Origin: Macrostomum lignano | Lineage: Eukaryota | Direction of reading: 5' to 3' | Length of the DNA: 64,000 nt | Assembly: GCA_002269645.1 (NCBI GenBank) | Contig: NIVC01000029.1 | Location: forward strand, 682,001 to 746,000 | Shown: piece after piece, positions 39,353-59,921 of the stretch | Position numbering within the stretch: position 1 is the first letter of the stretch | How the letters are laid out: every line of letters starts with the position of its first letter | Program-made: the position numbers and the translations under genes | Notes under the pieces: generated by a model | What the model saw: the letters and a program-made list of their open reading frames with translations, nothing else | The model's database searches: none | What the model was told of the DNA's origin: nothing

Positions 39353-46698
<7,346 letters not shown>

Positions 46699-48204
46699 GA
46701 TGGTTTGATTGTTGCCATTGACTACTGTAATAAATGTGTTTAGTGTGCTAACAGTGTTCACTGGAGGGGTTGAGAAAGAATGCATCTATAATCTTACTGT
46801 TGCCGTCTGAATCAATGCATATTCCTGGTTTTTTCTTTTTTGAATAGTCTTCAACTCTAATCTCACCGTCTCCCGTTCTTATCTCAACGTCTCCCGTTCT
46901 CCTCTTATCGTCTACCATTCTTATCTCACTGTCTCCTATTCTAATCTCACCGTCTCCCACTCTCTAATCTCACCGTCCCTCGTTCAAATCTCTTCCAATA
47001 TCTCTATAGTTTTGAGTCACACTTTCATCTATTTCGTCACACCTTTTCCACTCTTTAAAGTCAGTCCTAACTTATTGGTTAGTTTCCTATTCAACGTATT
47101 GAGTATTATTTTCCACAATCAATATTGGTACTATATGCATATATTCGTATACGCTGCCCTATACTAACTGTTGATTGCTACTTACAGTAGAATAAAACGC
47201 GCTAAAACTCTTTCAATTGCAGCTCAATTTATTATACCGATAAATAAGAAGCAATAAAATCTTGCATATCTAGTATATCCTTTATTTTACTTACAGTAGT
47301 AGTTTAATCAAAAGTTACATCAGTTGGTGATTTTTCAGTGTCTCGCATTTTGTTAGTTTTTTTACTTTTTTATCATTCAGTTCTGTAACTTGCTATACAA
47401 CTAGAATGCGTCTACTAACTATACTGTATTTGTTATGACTTTAAATAACTTGAATAAACTTGATTTCAATTTAATAGCTCCATTTCAGTTGGTTTGAATT
47501 CAAATAAATTACTTGTTCTCTTTCAATCTTCGTTCCACCTCTATCTTAAAATTTTAGAAAACAAAGCTTTTATTTAAAAGTTCAGTTAGTCCTTAAAAAA
47601 AGAGTTAGAAGAATAGAAGTGAACTTATAATGCAAAGTTTTATAAATTTATAAATTAGTATTTAATTAGAGATTTAGTATATTTAGATTAATAAAAATCA
47701 CAAAACGCATGCTCTAGTATGGTAAAAAATGAAAAGTCAATAATATTTGTATTAACCTGTAAGAATGATAGTAAACAGCAAATAAACTTATAAGGCAGAA
47801 GAAGCAAGTGTTAAAAAGTTAACATACTCATATAATTAATTATTGACATTGAAATGTTATGATATTCTAGTAAGTTTTCTGTTACATAAATACAAAGTAT
47901 TGTTTAATGCCCTTTAAACCTAAAGTTGATTTTTATACAAAATTCAATTAGGATAGGGCCTATTCGATTTAAAAAAATAGACCCTTTAAAATAATGTGCA
48001 CAAGAAAGAATCAATAAGAAAAATGTATGATACAGATAAACACTGCTAAGACTGACAGACAGTTGTGATAGTATGTTTATTATTACAAATTTTCGTATAC
48101 TTTGTCACTACTAATGCACAGCCAAATATTAAATAGCTATCTAGTATTTTATCATATTTAAAGTTCATGTGTCTTAGATGTTACAGCAAACAAAAAGTAA
48201 ACTG

Positions 48205-48804
48205 TTAGGACTTGTGAGAGTTGCAACACCATTGAAATGAGTCAGCCTGGCTAAGCTGCTTCCTGTTGGAGACACTTGTCCAAGAGCATTGGCAGCAGTA
48301 TGCTGTGTGCTGCGGCGAATTAGACAGCTTCTTACTCAAGTTTAGCCTGTCAGGCATGAAGTTCCGAAAGAACATATAGTTTACAGACGATACCCAATGT
48401 TGACCGCGGAAAAGTAAAACTTGAAAGTCGCACTTCATGCAATGCATATTGTCACAGGCTTTCTCCTGCATTAGGCTACAATGCCCATACTCCATCTCCT
48501 TTGGACCAGCCAGAAAAATAGACCTACACTTTAAAGTAGGTGTTTCATTCGAGTAGTCTTTGGCGGTCAGCGGTGCTTCAGTCGAAGATTTCTGTGGATG
48601 TGACTTGCTTTTCTTGCTATCAGATTCGATTTCGTCAAGAGATTTGAGCAGGTCGCTAGCATCGCTAGTTTTTGTTGTAGTTGTAGAGTTCACCTTAGTT
48701 GAATTGTTGGTCTTCACAGAGTTAACAGGAGTCAAAGTGGACTTTTTTTGCAATGAGCCTTCAATTTGATCCAGCAGATCGTCAACGTCATCTATTCCAG
48801 CCAT
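48205..48804 (-). CDS. CFAP418: Cilia/flagella-associated protein 418 (C8orf37 homolog), single coding exon, 199 aa
   Basis: N-terminal DDVDDLLDQIE; ACDNMHCMKCDF, NYMFFRNFMP, AYCCQCSW and terminal WCCNSH match C8orf37 family motifs. Confidence 0.9.
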   Translation of the reverse strand: MAGIDDVDDLLDQIEGSLQKKSTLTPVNSVKTNNSTKVNSTTTTKTSDASDLLKSLDEIESDSKKSKSHPQKSSTEAPLTAKDYSNETPTLKCRSIFLAGPKEMEYGHCSLMQEKACDNMHCMKCDFQVLLFRGQHWVSSVNYMFFRNFMPDRLNLSKKLSNSPQHTAYCCQCSWTSVSNRKQLSQADSFQWCCNSHKS

Positions 48805-49262
48805 TTCAGCTTATTTTATACTAATAGAAAAAATACGCCTGTAAGTACGTTGAAATGCTGACAAAGCAAAAGACTTATTTATGCTGAAGGTTTCTTTTCA
48901 TACTGAAATTACAAATTAATAAAAAGACTTAATAGAAAGATCAACAAAGAATATTTTACTTATTTTTATGAAATAATTACAAAGCTTTGTTATTGTTTAA
49001 CAAAACGTTATAAAGTACGGAATAAGTTGAAACCTAAATTGCTCGTATTCAGTATTGGGACGAAAGTTACAAATTGCTTAGTCGCTTAAAAAGAAGGATC
49101 GATTTTTATAAATTCATATTAATTTACTGCGTTCATTAAATTTGACCTTCTTAATTAGTAGATTAGTCTAAAAACTGACGATTTTTGATTGCACGACGAT
49201 ATATTTTAAATATCTTCTTGATATTTTGTACCTGTAATACAAAACCAACATTCACGTATTAC

Positions 49263-49274
49263 GTTGCTAGTATC
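49263..49274. promoter_or_regulatory. X-box-like site upstream of CFAP418
   Basis: GTTGCTAGTATC: one good half-site, ~460 bp upstream of the ATG. Confidence 0.3.
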
Positions 49275-50385
49275 CTAGCAGAATCCTGCTCAATTAAATT
49301 AATGAAATATTTTAATTGCACTACAATATTTGTTTTTGTGAATAAAACAGTAGGACAGTAGTAACAACAATCCTGAATATATATTTACTACAAAAACACC
49401 GTAAAGCACCGGAGATAAAAATTTGTCTTAACTTCAAGATCAACAAATTTCTGCATAATTATAAGTTGAATTTCGGGACTACAGGAGTTTCACATATCTT
49501 GCAAAGCTTTGAAACTCACATTCAAACAAGTAAACAAAAATATTGTTAAATTTATTTTTCTAGGATAAACTCAAGATGTATTTAACCAGATGGATTGCGT
49601 TGACTGTACTGTACCTAAGTAGAAATACAAGTAAAGTTTTGAAACAAAAACACAAGTCATGGTTGGTTTTACTTCTTAAATTTAAGCGATAGATTATAAG
49701 TTCGAACAATTTTTTTCGATTACACTATTGAACTAGAAAGGTTACTGAAATTTGAACGGAGTGTGAACCAAATCGATTTCATTTATATATAATATTTAAA
49801 AATAAAATACAAATTATTTGACTTAATGCAATCTAGAAGAATAACGCCAAAGGTAAAGTAATCATATTATATTAACCTTGAAACTTTATTACAATTTACA
49901 ACATAAAAATGGCATAACAGCCACAGAAAGGAATTAGAAGTAGAGAAGATAAGCGGAAATAGATCGATGCATGCCTACAACAGGAATTAATATCTGGTCG
50001 AATATATTTATGCCTCATATTTACAAATCAGAATATAGATATTTATACACTTTATAGACTACTTGTAAGTAAGTAATTCATAAAGTAATGTGAGCGCAGT
50101 TATACCGAGGATCAAAGCAGATTTAATGTTTAAGGCAGCAAGGTAAGATTCAGCGATAGAGGCTTACACAATTTATTATTTAAATTCGCGCGGAAAAAAT
50201 CGAAATCTTATCACATCTCGTTTTAAAGGGTTGCTAAAAGCAAACTAGGCCTTAATACAGTTAATGCGGTGACAAAATTAAGACATTGGAATAAGAACGT
50301 TTGAACAGGCATAAAACTATAATCGATCCGTAATTTAATGTCACGTAGAAAAAATGTAGTACGCTCGCATATTATTAATCAATAA

Positions 50386-53300
50386 TCACAGAGCGAATAA
50401 CGTATCCTCAGGTTGGTCGTCTCGGTGCTTCAGCGTACGCGAACGATCCGACGAAGAAGCAGCGGTGCCAGCGCTAGAGTTCTGCTGCTGTTGCTGTTGA
50501 AGAAACAAGTTGAAATCCGAGCTGGAAACGCCTGACGTAGCCGTCTGGGATGCCGCTCCCCCCGCTGTTGCCATGCCGGTGCGCTGAGCCAGGCCGTTCT
50601 GCAGGCCGGTCGCCAGCTGCTGGCCACCGTCAGTGGCGCCTGCGTAGGCGGCAGCTCCGCTCATGCCAGCTCGGTTGCGATCGAATGCCTGAGACGTAGG
50701 TAGATTCAAGTAAAAAGTATCAGATATGAGATTACTTGCTACTATTAAAGAGCTTGAAAATCCCCGGGTTATTCCAAAAATAATCACGACAGTTCCAGCT
50801 GAAGGACGTAGGGTGCTCATTGCTCATACTAACGCCTTCAGGAAAATCTGGCACGGTGCCCCAACAACTGACTGAGGATCTGGGGGGCTCCGTGGAGCAT
50901 TCCAGTCTCTGGGAGGATACTCATGAGTAAGGGCTGGTCCAGCAACTGACACTCTGGGAGGCTGGCCCAGCAACTGATGAGGATCGGGAGGCTGGCCCAG
51001 CAACTGATGAGGACCTGGGAGGCTGGCCCAGCAACTGATGAGGATCGGGAGGCTGGCCCAGCAACTGACACTCTGGGAGGCTGGCCCAGCAACTGAGGAT
51101 CTGGGAGGCTGGCCCAGCAACTGAGGATCTGGGAGGCTGGCCCAGAAACTGAGGATCTGCGAGGCTGGCCCAGCAACTGACACTCTGGGAGGCTGGTCCA
51201 GCAACTGACTCTGGGAGGCTGGCCCAGCAACTGATGAGGATCGGGAGGCTGGCCCAGCAACTGATGAGGACCTGGGAGGCTGGCCCAGCAACTGATGAGG
51301 ATCGGGAGGCTGGCCAAGCAACTGACACTCTGGGAGGCTGGCCCAGCAACTGAGGATCTGGGAGGCTGGCCCAGCAACTGAGGATCTGGGAGGCTGGCCC
51401 AGAAACTGAGGATCTGCGAGGCTGGCCCAGCAACTGAGGATCTGGGAGGGCTTATTACTAAAGAATAAAACTATGCATCAATGCTCAGCTAGCCGCTAAC
51501 AATACCTGCCGACTGTTAGCAAACATGTCGAATTCATCAGACTGTTCCAATGGCTGCTGCTGTTGAACAGATTGCGAACCGGCTTGGGTAATCTGCAGGC
51601 CAGCCAACTGCTGACCAATGGATGACGGCTTCGGCTCGTCTGGTGTAGAGAAATCAATCAGCGGTGCCGCCTGCGACTCGGGAGGCTGCGATGAAGCTGG
51701 AACCGGAGGCGGCTGCTGCAGAGCATCAGGCCGATTGAACATGGGATTAAACGAAGGCTGCTGTTGTTGTTGCACTTGTAGTTGCCTGTGGAATAAATAA
51801 AATGAACTAATATTAGCATTTAACAGTACCACGGGAGGTTTCTAATGCGCTGTAAATCAAGATTTTGCAGAACAAGTGTGATAATTGGCTGTATTATATT
51901 ATAAGGTTCATATGGATGATTCGAAAGTTACATTTGAATGTCAGTAGACTTTAAACTCGGTGATATTGAAAGTTTCTGTAACTAAAAGACATTTACGGTT
52001 GGCCATACTTGATGCTTAGTCAAAATTCAGAGTTGGTCATAAATTATCGGTTGGTCATGCGTAGGAGTAGGTCATACTTAGGGGCTGGTCATTTTTAAGT
52101 GTTGATCATAATAAGGAGTTCGTTATACCTAGCGGCTGGTCATATTTAGTAGTTGGTAATACTTAGAGGTTGATCATAATTAGGAGTTGGTCATAACTTG
52201 ATAAGCTATCAAACTTAGAGAAACAAACCTATTCGCCTCTCGATAACGTTCGAACCGATCGAATCGCAGAAATCCGTTGTTTAAATCGTCATTAATACGC
52301 AGCAGCTCTCCGACAACTTCGTCGTTGGCTATGACGTCCACTAGTTCAACAATTCTCTGCTGCATCTGCCGGTTAGTGCGATTTAACTCTTGCAACAGTG
52401 ACAGGTCCTCCGGTTGCACCGAGTCTGGTGACAGCTCGTTCAGCATCTCGTTGAATACCTGATTGTGTGATGGGGCAAAATGCAATTGTATACAGTCGTA
52501 ATCATGATGACGCTCATATAGTCACAATACTCATAACCATGATGATGATCATATAGTCACAATACTCATAATCATGATGATGCTCATATAGTCACAATAC
52601 TCATAACCATGATGATCATATAGTCACAATACTCATAATCATGATGACGCTCATATAGTCACAATAGTCATAACCATGATGATCATATAGTCACAATAGT
52701 CATAACCATGATGATGCTCATATAGTCACAATACTCATAAGCATGATGATGATCATATAGTCACAATACTCATAAGCATGATGATGATCATATAGTCACA
52801 ATACTCATAACCATGATGATGCTCATATAGTCACAATACTCATAACCATGATGATGCTCATATAGTCACAATACTCATAACCATGATGATGATTATATAG
52901 TCACAATACTCATAATCATCATGATGATCATATAGTCACAATACTCATAAGCATGATGATGATCATATAGTCACAATACTCATAACCATGATGATGATCA
53001 TATAGTCACAATACTCATAACCATGATGATGATCATATAGTCACAATACTCATAATCATGATGATGCTCATATAGTCACAATACTCATAATCATGATGAT
53101 GATCATATAGTCACAATACTCATAATTAAAATGCTCCAATAAAAGCAACAATACTTAAAAAAGTATTTCGTGTAGTGTTCTACGTCCCACAAAAAAATCA
53201 TAAAATTGTTAATGTAGAAGTTTATCCATAGAGTGCTACTGTAAGTAGACTAATGCAAACATGCGCAGCAGAACTTGAACCGTGAGTCAAGTTACTATTT

Positions 53301-54550
53301 TTAACGTAAACTATGAAACATGTAACTATGTGTAACGAACAATGAATCACCTTACTATTTATAACGCACAAATTAGTCATGTTACTATTTATAATGCAAA
53401 GACGAGTCATGTTACTATTTATACCAAAAAGATGAATCATGCTGCTATTTATATTTCGCAAAAGTTGCCTATAAATACAAGTGGTCCGAAGTGGATCGGA
53501 GCCTCAGAATTCCTTTAGACAAAGTCAATCGAGACTCGGCTGAGTTCTTGCGGTAAGCTTTACTCATTTGCGCCTGGTGTTTGAGTCGACTCATTGTAAT
53601 TTGTGTAGTAGAGTCTATTGAGACTCCTGAGTTTATAGACTCCATTGGTTGTAGTCTCCAGAATGCCTACCCTGATAGATCCTAGAAGTCTATCAGTGAA
53701 AACCGGAGCTATACCTAGAGTGTGTTAAGGCACTACTAGAAGGAGAAGGCTTATTTGAAACCGCAGCGCGGCGCAGGGATCCCATTGTTAATTCGAAGCT
53801 TCCGATTGGTCCGAACTACAGATACCACACCACAGAAGTTGCTAGAAGTGATTGTTCCTTGATTACTAAGAAAGTCTTAGTAGTAAGGAACACATCATTC
53901 GTACCGGTAATACTCCTGCTCATAAAGATGATACTCATAGACTTACTATGCTCATAACAAAACTTCAGTAATCACCTTAACATTTCCAAGCACAATGTCT
54001 AATTCTGAGCGCAGCTTAGCCAACTGTTCAGGACTAGGCGTTGCGATTGGTCTCGACCTTTGACCGGAGACCTGCTGCTGCTGCTGATGAAGCTGAGTAG
54101 AGTGATGATGCTGCTGCTGCTGCTGTTTAGACTGTTGCTGCGGACGTCGATTTGGCGATACGGGGCCAGAATCGGCGCCAAAGTCGTTGCTAGGGAGAAC
54201 CGCCATCGAATCGTGATTATTAGAAGCGGCGGCTGCGGAGGCTGCGGATCTGGCTGGGGTGTTGATCGGCGCCATGAAGTCAAGATCGGTCATAGGAAAT
54301 TCGACGCCTTTGCTGCGCAATTCCTCAACCAGACGCTCGACTTCGTGCAGTTCTGGCCGACCACGAAACGCATCCGACCATGCTTGGAGCAGGCCGAGCA
54401 CTCGGTCCTGGATCTGCTGCGGCGGCTCGTTCTTGGGGCTGATGAGGCGGACCAGCTCGTCCAGGAAGTCGCGTCTGGGAACGGAGATTTCAGAGGGGCG
54501 GCGAATGGGGTGACTTTAATCCTCTCTGACAGGGCTAAGTAATGCAGCTG

Positions 54551-54608
<58 letters not shown>

Positions 54609-54623
54609 ATCTATCTATCTATC

Positions 54624-54668
<45 letters not shown>

Positions 54669-55190
54669 CGCTCTTTGCACTACTTGAGTAGTCTGATTTT
54701 CGTTCGGCATGGCTGGTTCCAGTAGGTAGTTCCTCTGGATAAAAGCGCTTACCGCGCCCATTGGCTTTCCAGCTGCCTTAATCGTTTCCGGTGATCTTGT
54801 GTGCGTGCTTTCAGCGTGATTGGCTGCGGCAAGCAAGCTCGAAAGAGCTCGCTTCGCTCGCTCTTTCTCGCTATCTACCATCTATTGCCAGGACCTGCAC
54901 CGGAGCGGTTACGAAAATTAGATTTCTCGGTAGTTGCTCGCACTCTTTTGCACTACTTGAGTAGTCTGATTTTCGTTCGGCATGGCTGGTTCCAGCAGGT
55001 AGTTCCTCTGGATAAAAGCGCTTACCGCGCCCATTGGCTTTCCAGCTGCCTTAATCGTTTCCGGTGATCTTGTGTGCGTGCTTTCAGCGTGATTGGCTGC
55101 GGCAAGCAAGCTCGAAAGAGCTCGCTTCGCTCGCTCTTTCTCGCTATCTACTATCTATCTATCTATCTATCTATCATCTATCTATCTATC

Positions 55191-55235
<45 letters not shown>

Positions 55236-55261
55236 CGCTCTTTCTCGCTATCTACTATCTG

Positions 55262-55312
<51 letters not shown>

Positions 55313-55665
55313 GTCTATCTATCTGTTTATTAACCAAAAGATCAGCTAAATGGATCAGCAAAAATAAGAACTCACTTAGCAACCATCAGGTGAAATCTGA
55401 ATCCGCAATTCTTGACGCAAGTCTCCAGCACACTCAGACTGTACTGGACAGCACTGTTGCTGCGCCCAGCCGATGTTGTTAATCGTCGACGAATCGCTCG
55501 AAGAGCATCGCGAGGTCCCTCTTCTAATTCGTTAACAGCATCGCATACGGCCATTAGCAGAGCCCAGTCCTCTCCTGATTGGGCCCCATCGGTGGCTCGT
55601 TCAACCAACTGACCCACTGGTGTAGAAAATGGATTGCCTTGCAGAATGTTTGACACAGTCTGCAT
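50386..55665 (-). CDS. TOM1: TOM1/TOM1L2-family VHS-GAT adaptor; exons 55665-55376, 54474-53976, 52458-52229, 51785-51506, 50688-50386; 533 aa
   Basis: VHS ([39 protein letters not shown]), GAT ([14 protein letters not shown]|VFNEML...INDDLNN), C-terminal EDTLFAL*; phases 2, 0, 2, 0 consistent. Vertebrate paralog cannot be assigned. Confidence 0.92.
50930..51448. repeat. 27-30-bp minisatellite in TOM1 intron 4
   Basis: Core GGGAGGCTGGCCCAGCAACTGA with GGATCT, CACTCT or TGAGGATC linkers. Confidence 0.95.
52030..52195. repeat. Degenerate short-period repeat in TOM1 intron 3
   Basis: Recurrent GTTGGTCATA...TAGGA motif. Confidence 0.6.
52497..53126. repeat. ~35-38-bp minisatellite in TOM1 intron 2
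   Basis: CATATAGTCACAATACTCATAACCATGATGAT(GCT/GAT) with variable (GAT)n. Confidence 0.93.
54550..55325. repeat. (CTAT)n tracts flanking a ~208-bp direct duplication in TOM1 intron 1
   Basis: CTAT runs at 54550-54668 and 55145-55325; near-identical copies at 54671-54878 and 54943-55151. Confidence 0.92.
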
Positions 55666-58499
55666 GCTTGTTTGATTTTCTCAATTCTCGATTGTAAATA
55701 ATTTATATCGAATAGCTTAACTAAAGAGGTCTGGCAGGAAAAATCAAAGGCATGAAGTGATAGTATTTTGAGTAAGATAGCTAGTTATTCACCAGATAAG
55801 TTTGCCATATAGATTTCAGTGGTCTAGATTAGGCTCTACTTGGAACATTATTATTGTTTGGCTTTCTTGCTACTAAGGGCAGATATAAGTAGTTACATTT
55901 GGTGCAGTAGCTAAAGTTAAGGCAGCCATATTCATTTTACAATGCTTATTTACCAGACAGGCCAAATCATTCACCCACTAATTGAGCATTAGAGAGAGCA
56001 CACAATTAGTTAATACAACAAGCTGTCTATGGCCAAAGCTCCATTAACTGCCTATAAATCTGGTAGGCAGTAAAGGCCATTAATTGCCTAAGCCATTCTA
56101 AAGTTTATTATTTACAATACTAAAACAAAAATACACTATAATAATGGTAGATTATATACATGGTTTTGCAACCAACAAAACCATATGCATAATGACATTG
56201 TCTCATGAATGTATTTTGATTGGCCTTAAACAATTATTTCAAATAATTTTAAATATTGTTTATATAGCGTGGGACAATGGATAGCTGCTTTGTCTATATA
56301 ATTCAATTGCATCTGTTCATAAAGTTAGCTATACACATATTATAAATACAATTTTTTAGTGCCTTATATAACTAACTTAAAACTTTTTAACTACATACAA
56401 TAGATCAATCAGTGTTATTAAGTTGTTATTAACTAAAAAAATTTACCATGTGTTGTAGTTTAAGGGATAATTCTTTTTGATGAGAAAATGTAACTTATTA
56501 GAGATAGATTATGAGCTCTGAGCTTGTTACTTTACATATAAAGAAAAAGGAAAGTAAATTAAAAAAATGGGAATCCAAAATTTTATGTCATATTGTTGGT
56601 TTTTACAATTGTCTATTTTTGCAGTAATGTATATTTTTAAAAAGTGTTATTAAGTAAAGTTACTTAACTTTGGGACCTTTGAGGCATTCAACCTAAAGTT
56701 GCAGAAACATTTTAGGTAATCATTTTTTAAGTGTAATCATCACTGTTTTTTTTCAAAATACAAATGCAACAGACTTTATGTGCACTATACATGGTAAAGT
56801 TATCAAATTGTATATATGTAATGTCAGTTAGTATTAATTAGTAATTGAAATTAGTTAGATTAGATATATAAGAAAAAAGTTCAATTCTAAGTTCAATTCA
56901 ATTCAGATACTAGATAGATATTATGTAGTATAAGCCTGAGATAGATAGAATCCTGTCAGTAAATTAATGTACAGCGCTAATACAATTACTAATTAGATGA
57001 CGAGGCATTTTGTGACAAAATGTGTCATAGTTACTCCTGCCATTTACCTTTCACTTTTTTTCTACATTTGAATATTCAAATTTGGATTTGGAATTTTTTT
57101 GTATATTTGGATTCGGTTTGGGAAACTTGCAAAAATCTATATTTGGTCCATCACTAATATAAATGCTAGTATATCTATCATGATTATATAGCAGTTAACA
57201 ATGTACATAGTCAAATACTCTTATGGCTAGCAGCCGTCAATTCATGAGTGACCATTGGAAACCATAATTCATTTTTAGTTTTTTAAGTTGATAAGGGCAA
57301 TATAGACTTTAAACACAAATCTCAATTGGCAATTAGCCAGGTAAATGCCTGAAAACCTAATAGAAGACCAGAAATAGGCGTGGGTTAACTGGTATAACTG
57401 GTAATGTTCCCACTGCCTATATATGCTCCAATAGTTCAACAATAGGGAATCAAAGAAGGTCAACATGACAGTCATAGGTGATGATAAAACATTGACATCT
57501 ATGACCCTAAAACCAAAAAGCGATTAGCTATGTGCCTATTCTCCCATAAATAATATTTTTAGTTTTTCTTTAGAACTTCTTAACTTAACCTAAGCTTTTT
57601 CACTTTCTGAGGCATAAAAATGAAGAAGCTTAAGAGTATTGACAAAAAGATATGGTTGCTTTTTTAAACATCTGGACTTGCTGCAGTTGTTTGACTAATA
57701 GAAAGGTAGACTATCAAGTATCAATTCCAATTGAATTAGTATATGACTATAAATTTAAATTAGAGATTTATATTCACTTACTCATTTGTACATATGAACT
57801 ATACAAATATAAAGCTTTTAAGAAATTATTCTTTTTTTTAACAACATTTAAAATAAAAAAACAAAAAATTAGTTGCATTGTAATTTTTATATGCATATTA
57901 TTTATTTGCCATGCTAAGATTTAAAAGAGAATGCAACATATATAGTATCAAGACATTTGTAACTATTCTATTTAATCTGCATAGATAAATATTAGAAAAG
58001 ATAATAGTAAAAAATAATAGAATAACTCTAATAATCAATATAAATGTTTAATAATATATACTTAATAGTTTTTACTATACCTTGTTACCAAATTGACTAG
58101 AAAGAGGCCTATGCTAACTATTGGCATTCTTTTGTTTTGCAATCTTCTCTATTGTACACTATAGCTTAATTATATAGGCCCTAATCCCCTTGGACTTTGG
58201 GACTATGCATTGCCATTGATTTGTTATATGATCCCTATTAAAGTCAAAACAAGATCAGTTTTCACATTATTATATTGCTATAAAAATAATAGATATTGCA
58301 AAATTATATCTGTACAAATCAATAAGCCACACTATATATTTACTTTTGCAATACAATACTTCAAATGGTAAAGTTGTTTAAAATAATATTGGGGGGATTA
58401 GATAAAGAAAGTAAAGGGAGAAGGTTTCATTTTGCAACCATCTAAATGACAATTTTGTATTATATGAATTGTAGGCCTATTTAGAGTGCTGCATTGGTG

Positions 58500-59230
58500 A
58501 CTCACTCAATGTTGATCTTGAAGGCGGTGCGCAGTAGGCCAGTGTGTGCTGCGTCAACTTGATGTTCAAGCAAGTCTGTCAGCATCTAGGTCTCAGCATT
58601 GTAAAGCAGGATGGTTTCGACTATTGCCTGGAACAGTGCTGCCCTCTGGCAGTCCGGAAAGGCCTCAGACTGCAGGACTGCCCTCACAGAGCGGAAGGCA
58701 GCCTAGGCAAGCCTGCAGCAATGACACAGATCTTCCTATACATTGGGGACCAGACCACTAAGGTAGACAAACTTACCTTAGTTTGTTACTAAAGGCTGAC
58801 ATTGCAGAAGTTCCATTGCTGTCTGTCAGTGCCTTGGCATAGGATAGCAGCCTCAATGTTATCTGGCATGCATAGCAGGACAGTCTTTTGCACATTGATC
58901 ATCAGGCCAACACTCCTTGCAATAGCAACCAGTCAATCAAGCTATCGCTGGGTGCCCTCAACAGTAGAGGACAACAGGGGCAAGATTATTGGTATAACCA
59001 AGCATGCTGAGCCGCCTCTCCGGTTGATGTTGAGCCACGAGTTGCCGCAGCAGGAAGCCATTATTGTTGGAAGGAAGTGCAGTCCGCAGCACCTAGTCAA
59101 GCACTAGCATGAACAAGAACAATGCTAGCATATCTTTTTGAAGAACCCCTGAGGACAAGGAGGTCTCAAAGAAATCTGATAGACCATCTGGCATTGTCAC
59201 AGCAGCTTTTGTGTCATGGTATATTGCCAT
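58500..59230 (-). mobile_element. Old RTE-like LINE fragment, same family as 13190-16380
   Basis: Minus strand reads VTMPDGLSDFFET, GVLQKDMLALFLF, LGYTNNL (decayed YADDL), SVGLMINVQKT, VETILLYNAET; many stops. Confidence 0.88.
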
Positions 59231-59921
59231 GATAATAGGCCTAAGAACATTAATTCATGTAAAACATTAATTTACATAATAATTTTCATGCTCGCTATGA
59301 ATTTATTCATCAAAATTTGTATGCAAAAAATATTAGCATGAATTTGAACACCAAAATTTGTATGCCAAAGTTTGTATACCAACTTTGAAAGTGGTCATTT
59401 GGATGTTGGAATTTTCCAGTGTAGGCCTTACATGTAACCTTCCGGAGTCTAGATTAGATTGAATAAACATTGCGTAGGTATAGGCCTAGCCCCCCTATCC
59501 TCAAGAATAAATGAAAAATTCCAAGAAATTAAAGTACATTTGAAAAGTACCAGATAAAAAATGGGCCTAAGCCAAAGCCAAAACCAGGCCTAAACCAAAC
59601 TCAATTGAAAAGGAAAGCTATTAGGCCTAGCTAATAATGTTATAGGTAACAGTCCAATTCAGCCACTTTGGTAACAATTTATGTCAAAACAGTCAAATAT
59701 AATTTGACTTTGAATTAGAATTTAAGTAATAGGCATTTTGGGAACAGCCACTTTGGTAAGAAGAAGTGGAAATAACAGTATGTATTGAGTAGGCCCCTAT
59801 TGATTGATTGATAGGCCTATGCTCAAAAAAGATTTTGCAAAAAAATAGGTCTAGGCCTAGGGCCCCCAGTTAAAATGTTAATTATTTAACTAATAGTTGA
59901 CAAAGTTTATTAGGCCCTACC

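Noticed and set aside
50824-51433. Three overlapping Pro/Gln-rich ORFs
   Set aside because: Translations of the TOM1 intron 4 array.
54475-54542. Upstream acceptor at 54526 for TOM1 exon 2
   Set aside because: Introduces an in-frame TAA; the acceptor at 54475 gives the homology-consistent K-RDFL.
58544-59107. Plus-strand ORFs 58544..59107
   Set aside because: Antisense to the decayed LINE.
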